This document shows positions 10,864 through 20,847 of a DNA stretch of 64,000 nucleotides, in pieces; position 1 is the stretch's first letter, and each line of letters begins with the position of its first letter. Under the pieces are notes generated by a model. The model searched no databases. It was not told where the DNA came from and saw nothing but the letters and a program-made list of their open reading frames with translations. This DNA is from an uncultured Poribacteria bacterium (GTDB lineage: Bacteria > Poribacteria > WGA-4E > WGA-3G). The translations under genes were made by a program, and so were the position numbers. Location of the stretch: contig OX638351.1 in assembly GCA_951813565.1 (NCBI GenBank), forward strand, positions 3,296,001-3,360,000, read 5' to 3'.

Positions 10864-11859
10864 ATGTCCACAATCATTGACCAACAAATTCGCAACGATT
10901 TCAGGCTATTTGCTGGACGCGCGAACCCGGCTTTAGCAAAGGAGATCGCCGCGATTATAGGCGTTGAACTGGGTAAAATTACTATTGGTCCATTTCCTAA
11001 CAGTGAGACACGTGTTCAGATAGAGGAAAGTATCCGCGGTACCGATATCTATATTATTCAACCGACGTGCGAACCCGCCAACGAAAACCTGATGGAACTT
11101 CTCATCACAATTGATGCGATGAAACGTGCATCTGCACGTCAGATTACTGCGATTATTCCATACTTCGGGTACGCTCGTCAAGACCATAAAACAACAGGGC
11201 GCGAACCGATTAGCGCGAAACTTGTGGCAAACCTCCTAACCACCGCAGGCGCAAGCCGTGTTATGGCGATTGATCTGCACGTCCCACAAATCCAAGGTTT
11301 CTTTGATATTCCGATGGATCACCTCACTGCGCTAACGACTCTGGCAAACTATTTTAGGGATAAACAGATTGAAAATGGCGTGATTGTTGCGCCTGATGTT
11401 GGTCGTGCGAAGCTTGCAGAAAAATACGCCAAAATTCTTCGGCTCCCGTTAGCCATTATGCACAAACGGAGAAATGGTGCTGATGGACAAGACGTTGAAT
11501 TCGTTGAGCTTGTTGGTGATGTCAAAGGTAAAACTCCGATTATTATTGATGATGAAATAGCAACGGGTGGTAGTATCTATGAACAAGCACAAGCGTTGGC
11601 AGCAGCTGGTGCAAAGCCTGCTTATGTCAGTATCGCACATGCAGTGCTTGTAGGTCCCGCATTGGAACGGCTCAGTCACCCTTCAATTCGTGAAGTGGTC
11701 ACTACGGATACAATTCCTGTCCCTGCTGAAAAGCAGCTTGATGGAAAAATTAAAGTACTTTCTATCGCATCACTTCTCGCGCAAGCCATTCTAAGGGTTC
11801 ACCAGCACAGATCTGTAAGTCAAGTTTTCCGAGATCAACATCTTGATTTTGCGGTATAA
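10864..11859 (+). CDS. prs: Ribose-phosphate pyrophosphokinase
   Basis: PYFGYARQD, DLHVPQIQGFF, IIDDEIATGGS. Confidence 0.95.
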   Translation: MSTIIDQQIRNDFRLFAGRANPALAKEIAAIIGVELGKITIGPFPNSETRVQIEESIRGTDIYIIQPTCEPANENLMELLITIDAMKRASARQITAIIPYFGYARQDHKTTGREPISAKLVANLLTTAGASRVMAIDLHVPQIQGFFDIPMDHLTALTTLANYFRDKQIENGVIVAPDVGRAKLAEKYAKILRLPLAIMHKRRNGADGQDVEFVELVGDVKGKTPIIIDDEIATGGSIYEQAQALAAAGAKPAYVSIAHAVLVGPALERLSHPSIREVVTTDTIPVPAEKQLDGKIKVLSIASLLAQAILRVHQHRSVSQVFRDQHLDFAV

Positions 11860-11888
11860 TCAGAGATTTCGCTCCTGCTGAAAAACAG

Positions 11889-13004
11889 ATGATTCCTATA
11901 CTTTACCTTAGCCATTGTGGGTCAAGCATCGGTGGGGGCGAAAAACAACTCTATTATCTTGTTACGCATCTGAATAAAAAACTTTATCAACCGATTGTCG
12001 TCTGCCCCGATGATGGTATTTTCGCAAACCAATTAAGAGAGGCGAATATTCCCACCGTTATTCTGAATCTGCCGCCTTGGCGGAAAGTTGTATCCCGCCT
12101 CACTCGCCACTCAGCTGCCGCCGAGTTAACCAATCTTGCCAAAAAACACAATGTCCAATTAGTCCACACCTCCGATTCGTGGCTAAATCCATATCTTTTG
12201 CAAATTAAAACTCAACTGAATGTTCCCGTCATTTCGCATGTTCGGAATCTTCTAACACCTGCACAGGTGTCAAAGTACGACTTCAACCAGATGAGCCACA
12301 TCATTGCAATCTCTGAACAGAGTAAAACTCCACTCGTTCAAGCTGGTATCGTTTCTCAAAAAATTGATATTGTCTTAAACTGTGTAGACCTCTCTGTTTT
12401 TCAACCTGATCCTGCAGAAAATGATAAAAAATCGGAACTGTTTATAGTCGGAATAGTAGGTAGGATTGAACCCTTTAAAAGACAAAAAACTTATGTGGAG
12501 ATAGCGAGCGAGGTTGCCAAGCAATACCAAAACGTTCGCTTTCACATCATCGGTGCTGCGCTTGATACACCCGAACATCGCGCTTATGATAAAGAAGTTC
12601 GCCAATTGGTATCCGAATATCAGTTGGATGACTCAATACATTTCGCTGGACATCGGGACGACATACCGCGCGCCATGCAGGAACTTGACCTTTTGGTTAC
12701 GTTATCCGCCGGGAGTATCATAGCAGAGGCAATGGCATCAGGGAAACCTGTCATCGGCACACCAATCGGCAGCACCTCTGAAATGATTATAGACGGTGTG
12801 ACAGGATACGTGGTTCCGTTAGACTCAATTGAGGCAATCTCAGACAGGATTGTCCAATTGATTACAGATTCTGATAAGTGTAAACAGATGGGTAATGCTG
12901 CAAGAAAACATGCTGAGGAAGCATTCAGCATAGAAAAGCATGTCCAAAAGATTCAGAACATATATGAAAAACTAATTGAAACTAATAATGAGAATGGTGT
13001 ATAA
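11889..13004 (+). CDS. Glycosyltransferase family 4
   Basis: GGGEKQ, VGRIEPFK, EAMASGKPVI (GT-B fold). Confidence 0.9.
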   Translation: MIPILYLSHCGSSIGGGEKQLYYLVTHLNKKLYQPIVVCPDDGIFANQLREANIPTVILNLPPWRKVVSRLTRHSAAAELTNLAKKHNVQLVHTSDSWLNPYLLQIKTQLNVPVISHVRNLLTPAQVSKYDFNQMSHIIAISEQSKTPLVQAGIVSQKIDIVLNCVDLSVFQPDPAENDKKSELFIVGIVGRIEPFKRQKTYVEIASEVAKQYQNVRFHIIGAALDTPEHRAYDKEVRQLVSEYQLDDSIHFAGHRDDIPRAMQELDLLVTLSAGSIIAEAMASGKPVIGTPIGSTSEMIIDGVTGYVVPLDSIEAISDRIVQLITDSDKCKQMGNAARKHAEEAFSIEKHVQKIQNIYEKLIETNNENGV

Positions 13005-13053
13005 TTATGGCATAAATAATATCAAAGCAAAATTATCAAGGGAACAGCGACTT

Positions 13054-13554
13054 ATGAGTGATAGATTTGAAGCCACTAATATCAAAGAAGTTGAAAAAGC
13101 GCTAAAGCATTTTAATAGTTTTCATGATGATTACGTTGCGGGGATTGAAATTAAGTTTGAAAATTACAAAGCCTTAGATGGGGATAGCGCGTCTATAGGG
13201 ATTGGAAGTGCTAATAAGACAATTATCCTCATTGTCAACACCGGCCCTTATAAAAAAGAGCATAATAAGTTCGTTCGAGTTGAATTTAAAGATGTCAAAT
13301 CATTTTTTATCTCATCACCGCTGCAGGATGATGGTCCAAAAGCTGGTCCAACATGGGGAATTTCAGACACATACATAGAGTTTGGGCCTGATGAAATTGA
13401 TATTGATTGGGAATTTAGTTTTATATGTGGTAGGGCAAAGTTTTCAGTCATTTGCTCTAAAATTGTCATTTCACATGAGACAGATGCAAAATACGCCCAA
13501 ATGACCGACAACAAAACCTTAAAACTGATCCGTGGACCGGCAAGAGAGTCTTGA
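13054..13554 (+). CDS. Hypothetical protein (start uncertain; ORF open from 12976)
   Basis: Long ORF co-oriented with its neighbours; FNSFHDD motif. Confidence 0.55.
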   Translation: MSDRFEATNIKEVEKALKHFNSFHDDYVAGIEIKFENYKALDGDSASIGIGSANKTIILIVNTGPYKKEHNKFVRVEFKDVKSFFISSPLQDDGPKAGPTWGISDTYIEFGPDEIDIDWEFSFICGRAKFSVICSKIVISHETDAKYAQMTDNKTLKLIRGPARES

Positions 13555-13670
13555 TGAATTCTCGAAGACACTGAGCAAACAGGAAAGCTTGAAGACAGAT
13601 AAGCGCATATTGAAGTGGTAAGATAGCGCGACATCCGTAGAAAGCAATATCATATCCAGGAGGTTTATGA

Positions 13671-14531
13671 ATGCTAACACAGGAACAACTTGATTCTTAT
13701 GATAAAAACGGCTATATCGGTGTTGAGTCAGTGCTAAATGATGAAGAAGTAGCAGCACTTCGTCGCGTTACCGATGAATTTGTTGAAAAATCCAGAGAAG
13801 TTACAGAACATAACGACATTTTTGATTTAGAGCCGGGACACTCCGCTGCGAACCCGCGTGTACGCCGTATCAAAAGCCCATGCCTATATCACACTGTCTA
13901 TGACCAAACCTTACGCCATCCTAATATACTTGGCATAGTGTCCCAACTCATCGGTTCAGGAATTCGGTATAATGGACACAAACTCAATATGAAATATCCC
14001 GAATTTGGTAGTCCTGTTGAATGGCATCAGGATTGGGCGTTTTATCCGCATACCAACGATGATCTGCTTGCAGTCGGTGTAGTTATTGACGATATGACTG
14101 TAGAGAACGGCGCTTTGATGATACTCCCCGGTTCCCATAAAGGGCCAACCTTGGACCATCACCAAAACGGTGCTTTTATAGGTGCGGTAACCGACCCAGA
14201 TTTTACACCAGAAGGTGCTGTGCCTATTGAATTAGAAGCAGGTGGGATTACAATCCATCACGTTCGAGCCTTACACGGATCTGCCCCGAATACATCCGAT
14301 AAACCGCGCCGCTTGATGCTTTTCCAGTATTGCGCCGTAGATGCTTGGCCTCTGAAAGGTATTCCAGATTGGGATACATTCAATGAATTCATTATTCAAG
14401 GTGAACCCACAAACCAACCGCGTATCGTCCCTACGCCTGTTCGTATGCCAGAACCTTATTCCGAAAAGAAAGGTTCAATCTACGAAGTACAGTCCCTGCT
14501 TGAGAACCCAATGTATGGGAACAAGCAGTAG
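13671..14531 (+). CDS. Phytanoyl-CoA dioxygenase (PhyH) family 2OG-Fe(II) oxygenase
   Basis: WHQD, ENGAL..LPGSH, HGSAPN.S..PRR. Confidence 0.92.
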   Translation: MLTQEQLDSYDKNGYIGVESVLNDEEVAALRRVTDEFVEKSREVTEHNDIFDLEPGHSAANPRVRRIKSPCLYHTVYDQTLRHPNILGIVSQLIGSGIRYNGHKLNMKYPEFGSPVEWHQDWAFYPHTNDDLLAVGVVIDDMTVENGALMILPGSHKGPTLDHHQNGAFIGAVTDPDFTPEGAVPIELEAGGITIHHVRALHGSAPNTSDKPRRLMLFQYCAVDAWPLKGIPDWDTFNEFIIQGEPTNQPRIVPTPVRMPEPYSEKKGSIYEVQSLLENPMYGNKQ

Positions 14532-14811
14532 GTTAAGGTTTCCCTAAGCCATTGAAATTCGCCAAATGCCGTACACGCATTTGGCGTTGATTTTTAACGC
14601 TATTCAGTTCATTCCCACATAACTCCTACCTAAAACAAACTTATTTTTTTAGAACTCATATTGAGTAAAACATAAAGATGTAGTAAAATAGGGAAAGAAA
14701 GTCAGATAGTTTATGTCCCTATTTCCACTGGACATCCACATTTACTTTATGAGAGGTGTTATTATGGCAGACGAAACTCAAAAAACTCCGAGATACAATG
14801 GTATTCCAAAG

Positions 14812-14994
14812 ATGGCGCCGACACACTTCTGCTTGGGAACTTTCACCGCTGAGAGCCTCAAGAACAACTTCGGCTTAAACTCGGGGGTGAAGTTTCTTCG
14901 TTTTCGTTTCGCCATCGGATACTCCTTTCAAGTAGATGGATATTATACCATAATCTTGTCTTAAAGAGTGGCCCGAATTTCCGGTGGCAGTACA
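14812..14994 (-). mobile_element. IS3-family left-end remnant with frameshifted OrfA start
   Basis: Minus strand starts TGTACTGCCACCGGAAATTCGGGCCAC (TG terminus); ATG at 14915 reads MAKRKRRNFTPEFK and, after a 1-nt shift, AEVVLEALSGESSQAEVCRRH (HTH_Tnp_1-like). Confidence 0.7.
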
Positions 14995-15097
14995 CGCTCC
15001 TACAGAATATATGTGAACTTATTTACATAATTTACTATAATAGAGAACAGTTCATTATTCGTCAAATATCGTAGCGCAAATTTTTAGTTTGCGTCCT

Positions 15098-15269
15098 CCT
15101 ATTTCGCAAATGCTCTTGTAGGAGGGTTTCTAACCCCGCCAAATGCCAAACGCGCATTTGGTGTTGATTTGGATTTTAGAACAAAAAACATAAGAATCAG
15201 CGAAAAAGCCTTGTTTTTTCAGTAAAAGCAGTGTTTGCTAACTTGAAATCTTGTCCGTAGCAACTTAGG
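15098..15269 (+). mobile_element. MITE family A, copy 1 (left end missing)
   Basis: Near-identical to 22471-22621 and to the reverse complement of 63268-63452. Confidence 0.8.
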
Positions 15270-15491
15270 TTATTATAGTAAAATCTAAAAATACCTTACA
15301 TTTTCTTTAGGTTAGCAGCGTTTGTAGTCGCGCAATTCATTGCGCCTCGGATATTTGTAGGGCGAGGTCTCTGTGCTTCGCCGATATTTGGAGTGCCAAG
15401 CAACGTGAAGGCACAGGGACGCTCACTCACCATAAGAGCGCGGCGTTGGCTTTGGTAAAAACTTTACACACCCTCCAAAAACATAGTTTTC

Positions 15492-15521
15492 TTGACACAC
15501 CATGCAATTCCATGTTAAACT
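15492..15521 (+). promoter_or_regulatory. Putative sigma-70 promoter of the WD40 gene
   Basis: TTGACA-18 nt-TAAACT with TGn extension. Confidence 0.4.
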
Positions 15522-15649
15522 TTAATCTGACCAAACGCAGACCTTGCCTACTATTCTGAACTTCTCAAGTTTGTTGTTCCAATCACATATTTTGTTTCTA
15601 CAACTTTAAGGAGAAAAACTGATGACAGAACGAAAACAGTTTTTAGGTT

Positions 15650-17557
15650 GTGCTTATGAAAAATAGAAGTCTATATGTGATCCTGTTACTTGCCGTTTTT
15701 GAACTCACTTTTTCATACAGTTTTGCACAAGACTATACTCAATGGCAACTGCCTCAAGGTGCCGTAGCACGTTTGGGGAAAGGAAAATTATTTGAAATTA
15801 AATATTCCCCAAAAGGCGATCTAATCGCAGTCTCCACAGGAATAGGTGTCTGGCTATACGACTCAAACATAGGTGCTGAAGTAGCACTCATCACCGGACA
15901 CACAGATGCTGTTGAGTGTATTGCCTTCAGTCCTGATGGGGATACATTGGCAACAGGTAGTAACGACAACACCATTCGGTTATGGGACATACAGACACGC
16001 ACACGAAAGGCAACTCTCGTCAAGCATTTAGACGATGTTAGATCACTTGCCTTCAGTCCTGATGGGAGTACCCTGGCAAGTACGAGTGAAGACGCAACCG
16101 TTTGTCTGTGGGACACTCAGGCCGCAACACACAAAAAAACCCTTACAGGACATACAGAATGGGGTAGGTCGATAGCCTTTAGTCCTGATGGGAATACGCT
16201 CGCAAGTGGAAATAATGATGCTACGATCCGACTATGGGATGTAAACACTGGACAGCATCTAAAGACACTTTCAGGACATGACCGTGCGGTGACTTCTGTC
16301 GCGTTTAGTCCAGATGGCAAAACAATCGTCAGCGGTTGTGATGATGGAACGGTTGGTTTGTGGGATACATCAACAGGCCAAAACAAGCAGTTTATCACTG
16401 GACACACTTGGTATGTCGTGTCGGTAGCGTATTCTCCAGATGGAGAAACATTGGTGAGTGCAAGTTGGGACAATGACATTCATTTGTGGAACGCGAATAC
16501 TGGAGAGCAATTGAGAACACTCTCTGGGCACACAAGCCATGTTGTTTCGGTTGCATATTCCCCGAAAGGAGACACAATCGCCAGTGGGAGTTACGATGGA
16601 ACAGTTCGTTTGTGGCATCCACGTACAGGACGTGAAAAAAATGCCTTTGTTGGACATAATAGGGATGTCAAAACTGTTGCCTTTTCGCCGGATGGAAAAA
16701 CGTTGGCGAGTGGAAATTCAGGAAGCACTATCCATCTATGGGATCCACGTTCAGGTGCATACAAAAACACCCTTATTGGACACGTTCAGACAGTTGGCAC
16801 TGTGGCATTTTCGCCGGATGGAAAAACACTTGCCAGTGGTAGTTGGGATGCTACAATCCGTTTATGGGACCCAAACACAGGACAAGAAAAGCAAACACTC
16901 ACTGAACATTTCAATAATGTCGCATCAATAACATTTTCTGCGGATGGGAGTATGCTTGTCAGCGGCAGCTATGATAACACAGTCCGTTTGTGGAACGCGC
17001 AAACGGGGCAACTTTTGTATACGCTTGAAGGACACACAGATAAAGTTAGGGCTGTTGCATTTTCACCTGACGGTAACACACTCTCAAGTGGTGATGGTCA
17101 TAATAAAATCCTTTTTTGGGACCCAAACACCGGAACACAAAAGCAACAGACTACATTTCAACGTTTACTTCAGAAACCAGTGGTCCACACGAATGAAATT
17201 ACAGGACTCGCTTTCAGTCCAGATGGTAGCACGTTAGCCAGCGCAAGCGATGACAGAAAAATCGGTTTGTGGAACGCACAAACGATGAGAAACAAACAGA
17301 TGTTGATAGGTCATACATGGTATGTTTTATCTGTTGCCTACTCTCCTGAAGGAGATGTAATTGCAAGCTGCAGCTGGGACAAGATGATCCGATGCTGGGA
17401 TGCAGACACTGGAAAACATAAGATTGGGTTCACAGGGCATACCGGGTACGTTTTATCGGTAGCGTTTTCTCCAGATGGGAAGATGTTGGCGAGTGGAAGT
17501 GCTGACGGAACTGTGCTATTATGGGATGTTTCAACGTTTCAATCCCAAACTGATTAA
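15650..17557 (+). CDS. Secreted WD40-repeat (double beta-propeller) protein
   Basis: Signal peptide, QDYTQWQLPQGAVARLGKG lead-in, about 14 GH...AFSPDG...WD repeats. Confidence 0.93.
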   Translation: MLMKNRSLYVILLLAVFELTFSYSFAQDYTQWQLPQGAVARLGKGKLFEIKYSPKGDLIAVSTGIGVWLYDSNIGAEVALITGHTDAVECIAFSPDGDTLATGSNDNTIRLWDIQTRTRKATLVKHLDDVRSLAFSPDGSTLASTSEDATVCLWDTQAATHKKTLTGHTEWGRSIAFSPDGNTLASGNNDATIRLWDVNTGQHLKTLSGHDRAVTSVAFSPDGKTIVSGCDDGTVGLWDTSTGQNKQFITGHTWYVVSVAYSPDGETLVSASWDNDIHLWNANTGEQLRTLSGHTSHVVSVAYSPKGDTIASGSYDGTVRLWHPRTGREKNAFVGHNRDVKTVAFSPDGKTLASGNSGSTIHLWDPRSGAYKNTLIGHVQTVGTVAFSPDGKTLASGSWDATIRLWDPNTGQEKQTLTEHFNNVASITFSADGSMLVSGSYDNTVRLWNAQTGQLLYTLEGHTDKVRAVAFSPDGNTLSSGDGHNKILFWDPNTGTQKQQTTFQRLLQKPVVHTNEITGLAFSPDGSTLASASDDRKIGLWNAQTMRNKQMLIGHTWYVLSVAYSPEGDVIASCSWDKMIRCWDADTGKHKIGFTGHTGYVLSVAFSPDGKMLASGSADGTVLLWDVSTFQSQTD

Positions 17558-18116
17558 TAAACGCAATTTTGGAGATAATCGCACCAACCACAATCTTGCC
17601 GATATCTACCTGCACAGTTGCACCGAACCCTGCTGCTCTGCGGTCGCGTTCTATGGTGGCATCGCCATGCTGGATAAAGAGTTGTTCGGGGTATTCAAGG
17701 AATACTTGCCATCATCATTGGCCGCCATCAAGATGCTATTTGACACTTTGAAAACATTTAGCTGCGGATAATCTAACGTTATCTCAATGCCGTCTATGCC
17801 TTGCTGATCTTCAGACAAACATCGGCTGTGATGTCCTGCCCAAGCAGGCTAATATGAACATAGGGTATGGTCTGTTTCCCAGATGACGTCTTGTAGTGTT
17901 GGCATGTTTTAAGTTGATTAATTTGTGCTGTTAAGGTTTAATGTAGTTAATAAGTGTATTTGCTATTGCTATAGGAGATATAGACAAATGCCAAAAAATA
18001 GAGATCCATTAGGTTTAACGTTGCCTCCACTTGAAAAATGACATCAATTAACACCTCGTTAACCTTTAACTTGACTTAATACGCACCCTTTATCTATACT
18101 TAACTAAAAATGTTAG

Positions 18117-18308
18117 GTGAAGACAATGAACGAAAATAAATTTGAACAGATACTTGAGATACTCCGTACAGACATCACAACAATGAAAGCCGACATCGCC
18201 TGGATAAAAGGTAAATTAGAAGGACGCGCTGAAACAAGACACGTCATTCTCACAACGATCTCTGTCGTTGCCGCTATCGCCGCTGTCATTGTCGCAATAC
18301 TTAAATAG
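18117..18308 (+). CDS. Small coiled-coil protein with C-terminal TM helix
   Basis: Heptad segment followed by hydrophobic ILTTISVVAAIAAVIVAIL. Confidence 0.55.
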   Translation: MKTMNENKFEQILEILRTDITTMKADIAWIKGKLEGRAETRHVILTTISVVAAIAAVIVAILK

Positions 18309-18323
18309 AAAAGAAGAAATAAA

Positions 18324-18608
18324 ATGTTTGTAAAAACACAATTTGACACAATAGTTAACATTGCGAAATATGATAAAATAAACATTGAAATATGTGTAAA
18401 AAGTGGCAATTGTATTACAGAAGCAGTATGCGAAGAAAAGCATGCTGGACCATTGTCAAAAGAGGAATCGGGAATAATTTCAAAATGTGAACCACTTGCT
18501 CAATTCCCACAGGATAAGATACACCAAGCAAAAGTGGCATATGATGATCTCTTTTCTGCTATTTTAAGCAAAGAAACAGCGTTTGATATGACACACTATA
18601 CCTCCTGA
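18324..18608 (+). CDS. Hypothetical protein
   Basis: 94-aa ORF tightly spaced between co-oriented genes. Confidence 0.45.
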   Translation: MFVKTQFDTIVNIAKYDKINIEICVKSGNCITEAVCEEKHAGPLSKEESGIISKCEPLAQFPQDKIHQAKVAYDDLFSAILSKETAFDMTHYTS

Positions 18609-18610
18609 TT

Positions 18611-20785
18611 ATGTCTCAAATAAAAAACCGAACAATTTTTGAAGGCGATAACCTTCCAATCCTCCGCGGGATAGACCCCAAATGCATAGACCTGACATAC
18701 CTTGATCCGCCTTTCAACTCCAATCATAAATATAATACGATATTCAGAGGCAGCGGACTACGCAACATTACGCCACAAATCAAAGCATTTGACGACACAT
18801 CGGAACGGAACACCGAGTCTGCCGACCGCGTCCAACGCGTGAAATCTGTGATCGCCAATCCTGCCTCTATGAAAAAACTAAATACCCTTAGCATATTTAT
18901 AATTCTCATTCTGCTGTTGTGTCGGTCAACTGGCTTCGCTCAAGAATACACAAAATGGCATTTACCTGAAGGGGCTACATATCGTTTTGGAAAGGGAATC
19001 ATACGCGACATTGCCTATTTTCCAGATGGTGATAAACTTGCTGTCAGCAGCTCGATTGGTATCTGGATTTATGATGTTAACAGTGGTGAGGAACTTGACT
19101 TACTTACAGATGGCATGCATAATATTACTCAAATTGTGTTCAGTCCCGATGGTAAAACACTGGCAAGCGCGAACCGCAGCAATATACAATTGTGGAATAC
19201 AAATGAAAATAAACCACAAGACATCTTCACAGGACACACCTCAACTATCACTTCATTGGTATTTAGTCCAAATGGAAAATTATTGGCATCTGGAAGTGTA
19301 GATACTACTGTGAGGTTATGGAATATTGACACAGGTGAAGTTGTCCGGACTCTCTTCGGACACACTGATACTGTCCGGTCTGTGGCATTTTCACCGAATG
19401 GTAAAACACTGGCAAGTGTTGGCGATACTGACGATAAAACAATCCAACTTTGGGAGGTAAACAGCGGAGAACTTCAAAAAACTGTTTCTGTGGATTTAGA
19501 CCGTATTTCCAGCAGTACTTTTTCACCTGATGGACATAAGTTCACAACTGGAAATTGGGATGGAAAAATTCGTTTTTGGGATGTCAGTACTGGTCAACTA
19601 CTCGAAACCTTCACAGGACAAGGGCGTACCGGTACGATTACATCTCTTGTGTATTCACCTGATGGTACATCCTTGGTGAGTGGCGGTGGCGGTATTGACA
19701 GAACAATTCGTATTTGGGATGTTAATACCGGAAGTGTTTTACATACACTCATCGGGCATACTGATGATGTTATTACTGTCGCGTATTCACCTGATGGCGG
19801 AACACTTGCAAGCGCGAGTGTTAGAGACGGGGCGATTTGTATTTGGGATGTCGCTATGGGAAAACTCTTGAAAACTATTGATGGACACTCATATTATGTT
19901 AGATCAATTGCGTTTTCTCCTGACAGCACAACCATAGCCACTACAGAGAGAGCAGACAAGGTAATTCCACTTAGGGATGTGAAGACCGGAGAGATCAAGA
20001 AGAAACTCATTGGACATAATTGGCACCCCAGTTCAGTTGTGTTTTCGCCTAATGGTAAGACACTCGCAAGTGGTAGTTGGAACGGTCAAATCTTATTATG
20101 GGATGTAGAAACCGGACAATTCTTGGACAAAATTATTGCGCATACAAGACGTATTCCTTCTCTTGCATTTTCTTCCGCAGGCACAACGTTGATTAGCGGC
20201 AGTTGGGACAATTCAATCCGTTTTTGGGATGTGCAAAACGGCAATCTCTTAAAGACAATTTCTGCAAAATCTTCAAATCCAAATTCTTATTTTGAAATCA
20301 GTGCTATTTCTCTCAGTCCAGATGGCAATTTAGTTGCTGCTGCAACAAATATGCAAGATATACAGTTATGGGATATACACACAGGTGAGCAAAGAGAAAA
20401 TACCTTCGCGCATGATGGTAATATAACATCAGTCGCATTCTCTCCACAGGGAACCGTACTTGCCAGTGGAAGCTACGACAACACAGTCAAATTGTGGGAT
20501 TTGCAATCCGACAATCTATTGGGTAGTTTTACAGAACCAACATCCAACAATGCATACTGTGTAGCATTTAGTCCAGATGGAAATACAATCGCAAGCGGAA
20601 GTTATAAGGTGATTCGATTGTGGGATACCGTCACAGGTAAAAACAATGCAGCATTTACCGGTCATACAACTTGGATTCGCACGGTGGCTTTTAGTCCTGA
20701 CGGTAGTATGTTGGCAAGTGGTGCTTCTGATGGCACAGTCCTACTATGGGATGTTAGCAATAAACAACTGGCTGACAATAGGTAG
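18611..20785 (+). CDS. WD40-repeat protein (native start probably 18869) preceded in frame by a DNA methyltransferase N-terminal remnant
   Basis: GDNL...YLDPPFNS in the first 86 aa; then signal peptide MKKLNTLSIF, QEYTKWHLPEGA and about 14 WD repeats. Confidence 0.88.
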   Translation: MSQIKNRTIFEGDNLPILRGIDPKCIDLTYLDPPFNSNHKYNTIFRGSGLRNITPQIKAFDDTSERNTESADRVQRVKSVIANPASMKKLNTLSIFIILILLLCRSTGFAQEYTKWHLPEGATYRFGKGIIRDIAYFPDGDKLAVSSSIGIWIYDVNSGEELDLLTDGMHNITQIVFSPDGKTLASANRSNIQLWNTNENKPQDIFTGHTSTITSLVFSPNGKLLASGSVDTTVRLWNIDTGEVVRTLFGHTDTVRSVAFSPNGKTLASVGDTDDKTIQLWEVNSGELQKTVSVDLDRISSSTFSPDGHKFTTGNWDGKIRFWDVSTGQLLETFTGQGRTGTITSLVYSPDGTSLVSGGGGIDRTIRIWDVNTGSVLHTLIGHTDDVITVAYSPDGGTLASASVRDGAICIWDVAMGKLLKTIDGHSYYVRSIAFSPDSTTIATTERADKVIPLRDVKTGEIKKKLIGHNWHPSSVVFSPNGKTLASGSWNGQILLWDVETGQFLDKIIAHTRRIPSLAFSSAGTTLISGSWDNSIRFWDVQNGNLLKTISAKSSNPNSYFEISAISLSPDGNLVAAATNMQDIQLWDIHTGEQRENTFAHDGNITSVAFSPQGTVLASGSYDNTVKLWDLQSDNLLGSFTEPTSNNAYCVAFSPDGNTIASGSYKVIRLWDTVTGKNNAAFTGHTTWIRTVAFSPDGSMLASGASDGTVLLWDVSNKQLADNR

Positions 20786-20847
20786 AGATACTGAAAAGCG
20801 GTATACTACTGGAAAATAATCACTGAAAACTTAAATCCGCATGTCCG

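Noticed and set aside
17560..17910. Possible decayed gene between the WD40 genes (and similarly 60600-60900)
   Set aside because: Multiple stops and no recognisable motif; cannot be supported without a search
15650..20785. Periodic DNA similarity (AGTCCTGATGG etc.) that could suggest CRISPR or DGR repeats
   Set aside because: Explained by WD40 coding repeats; no constant repeat-spacer structure, no adenine-specific TR/VR pair, and no cas or reverse transcriptase gene in the window
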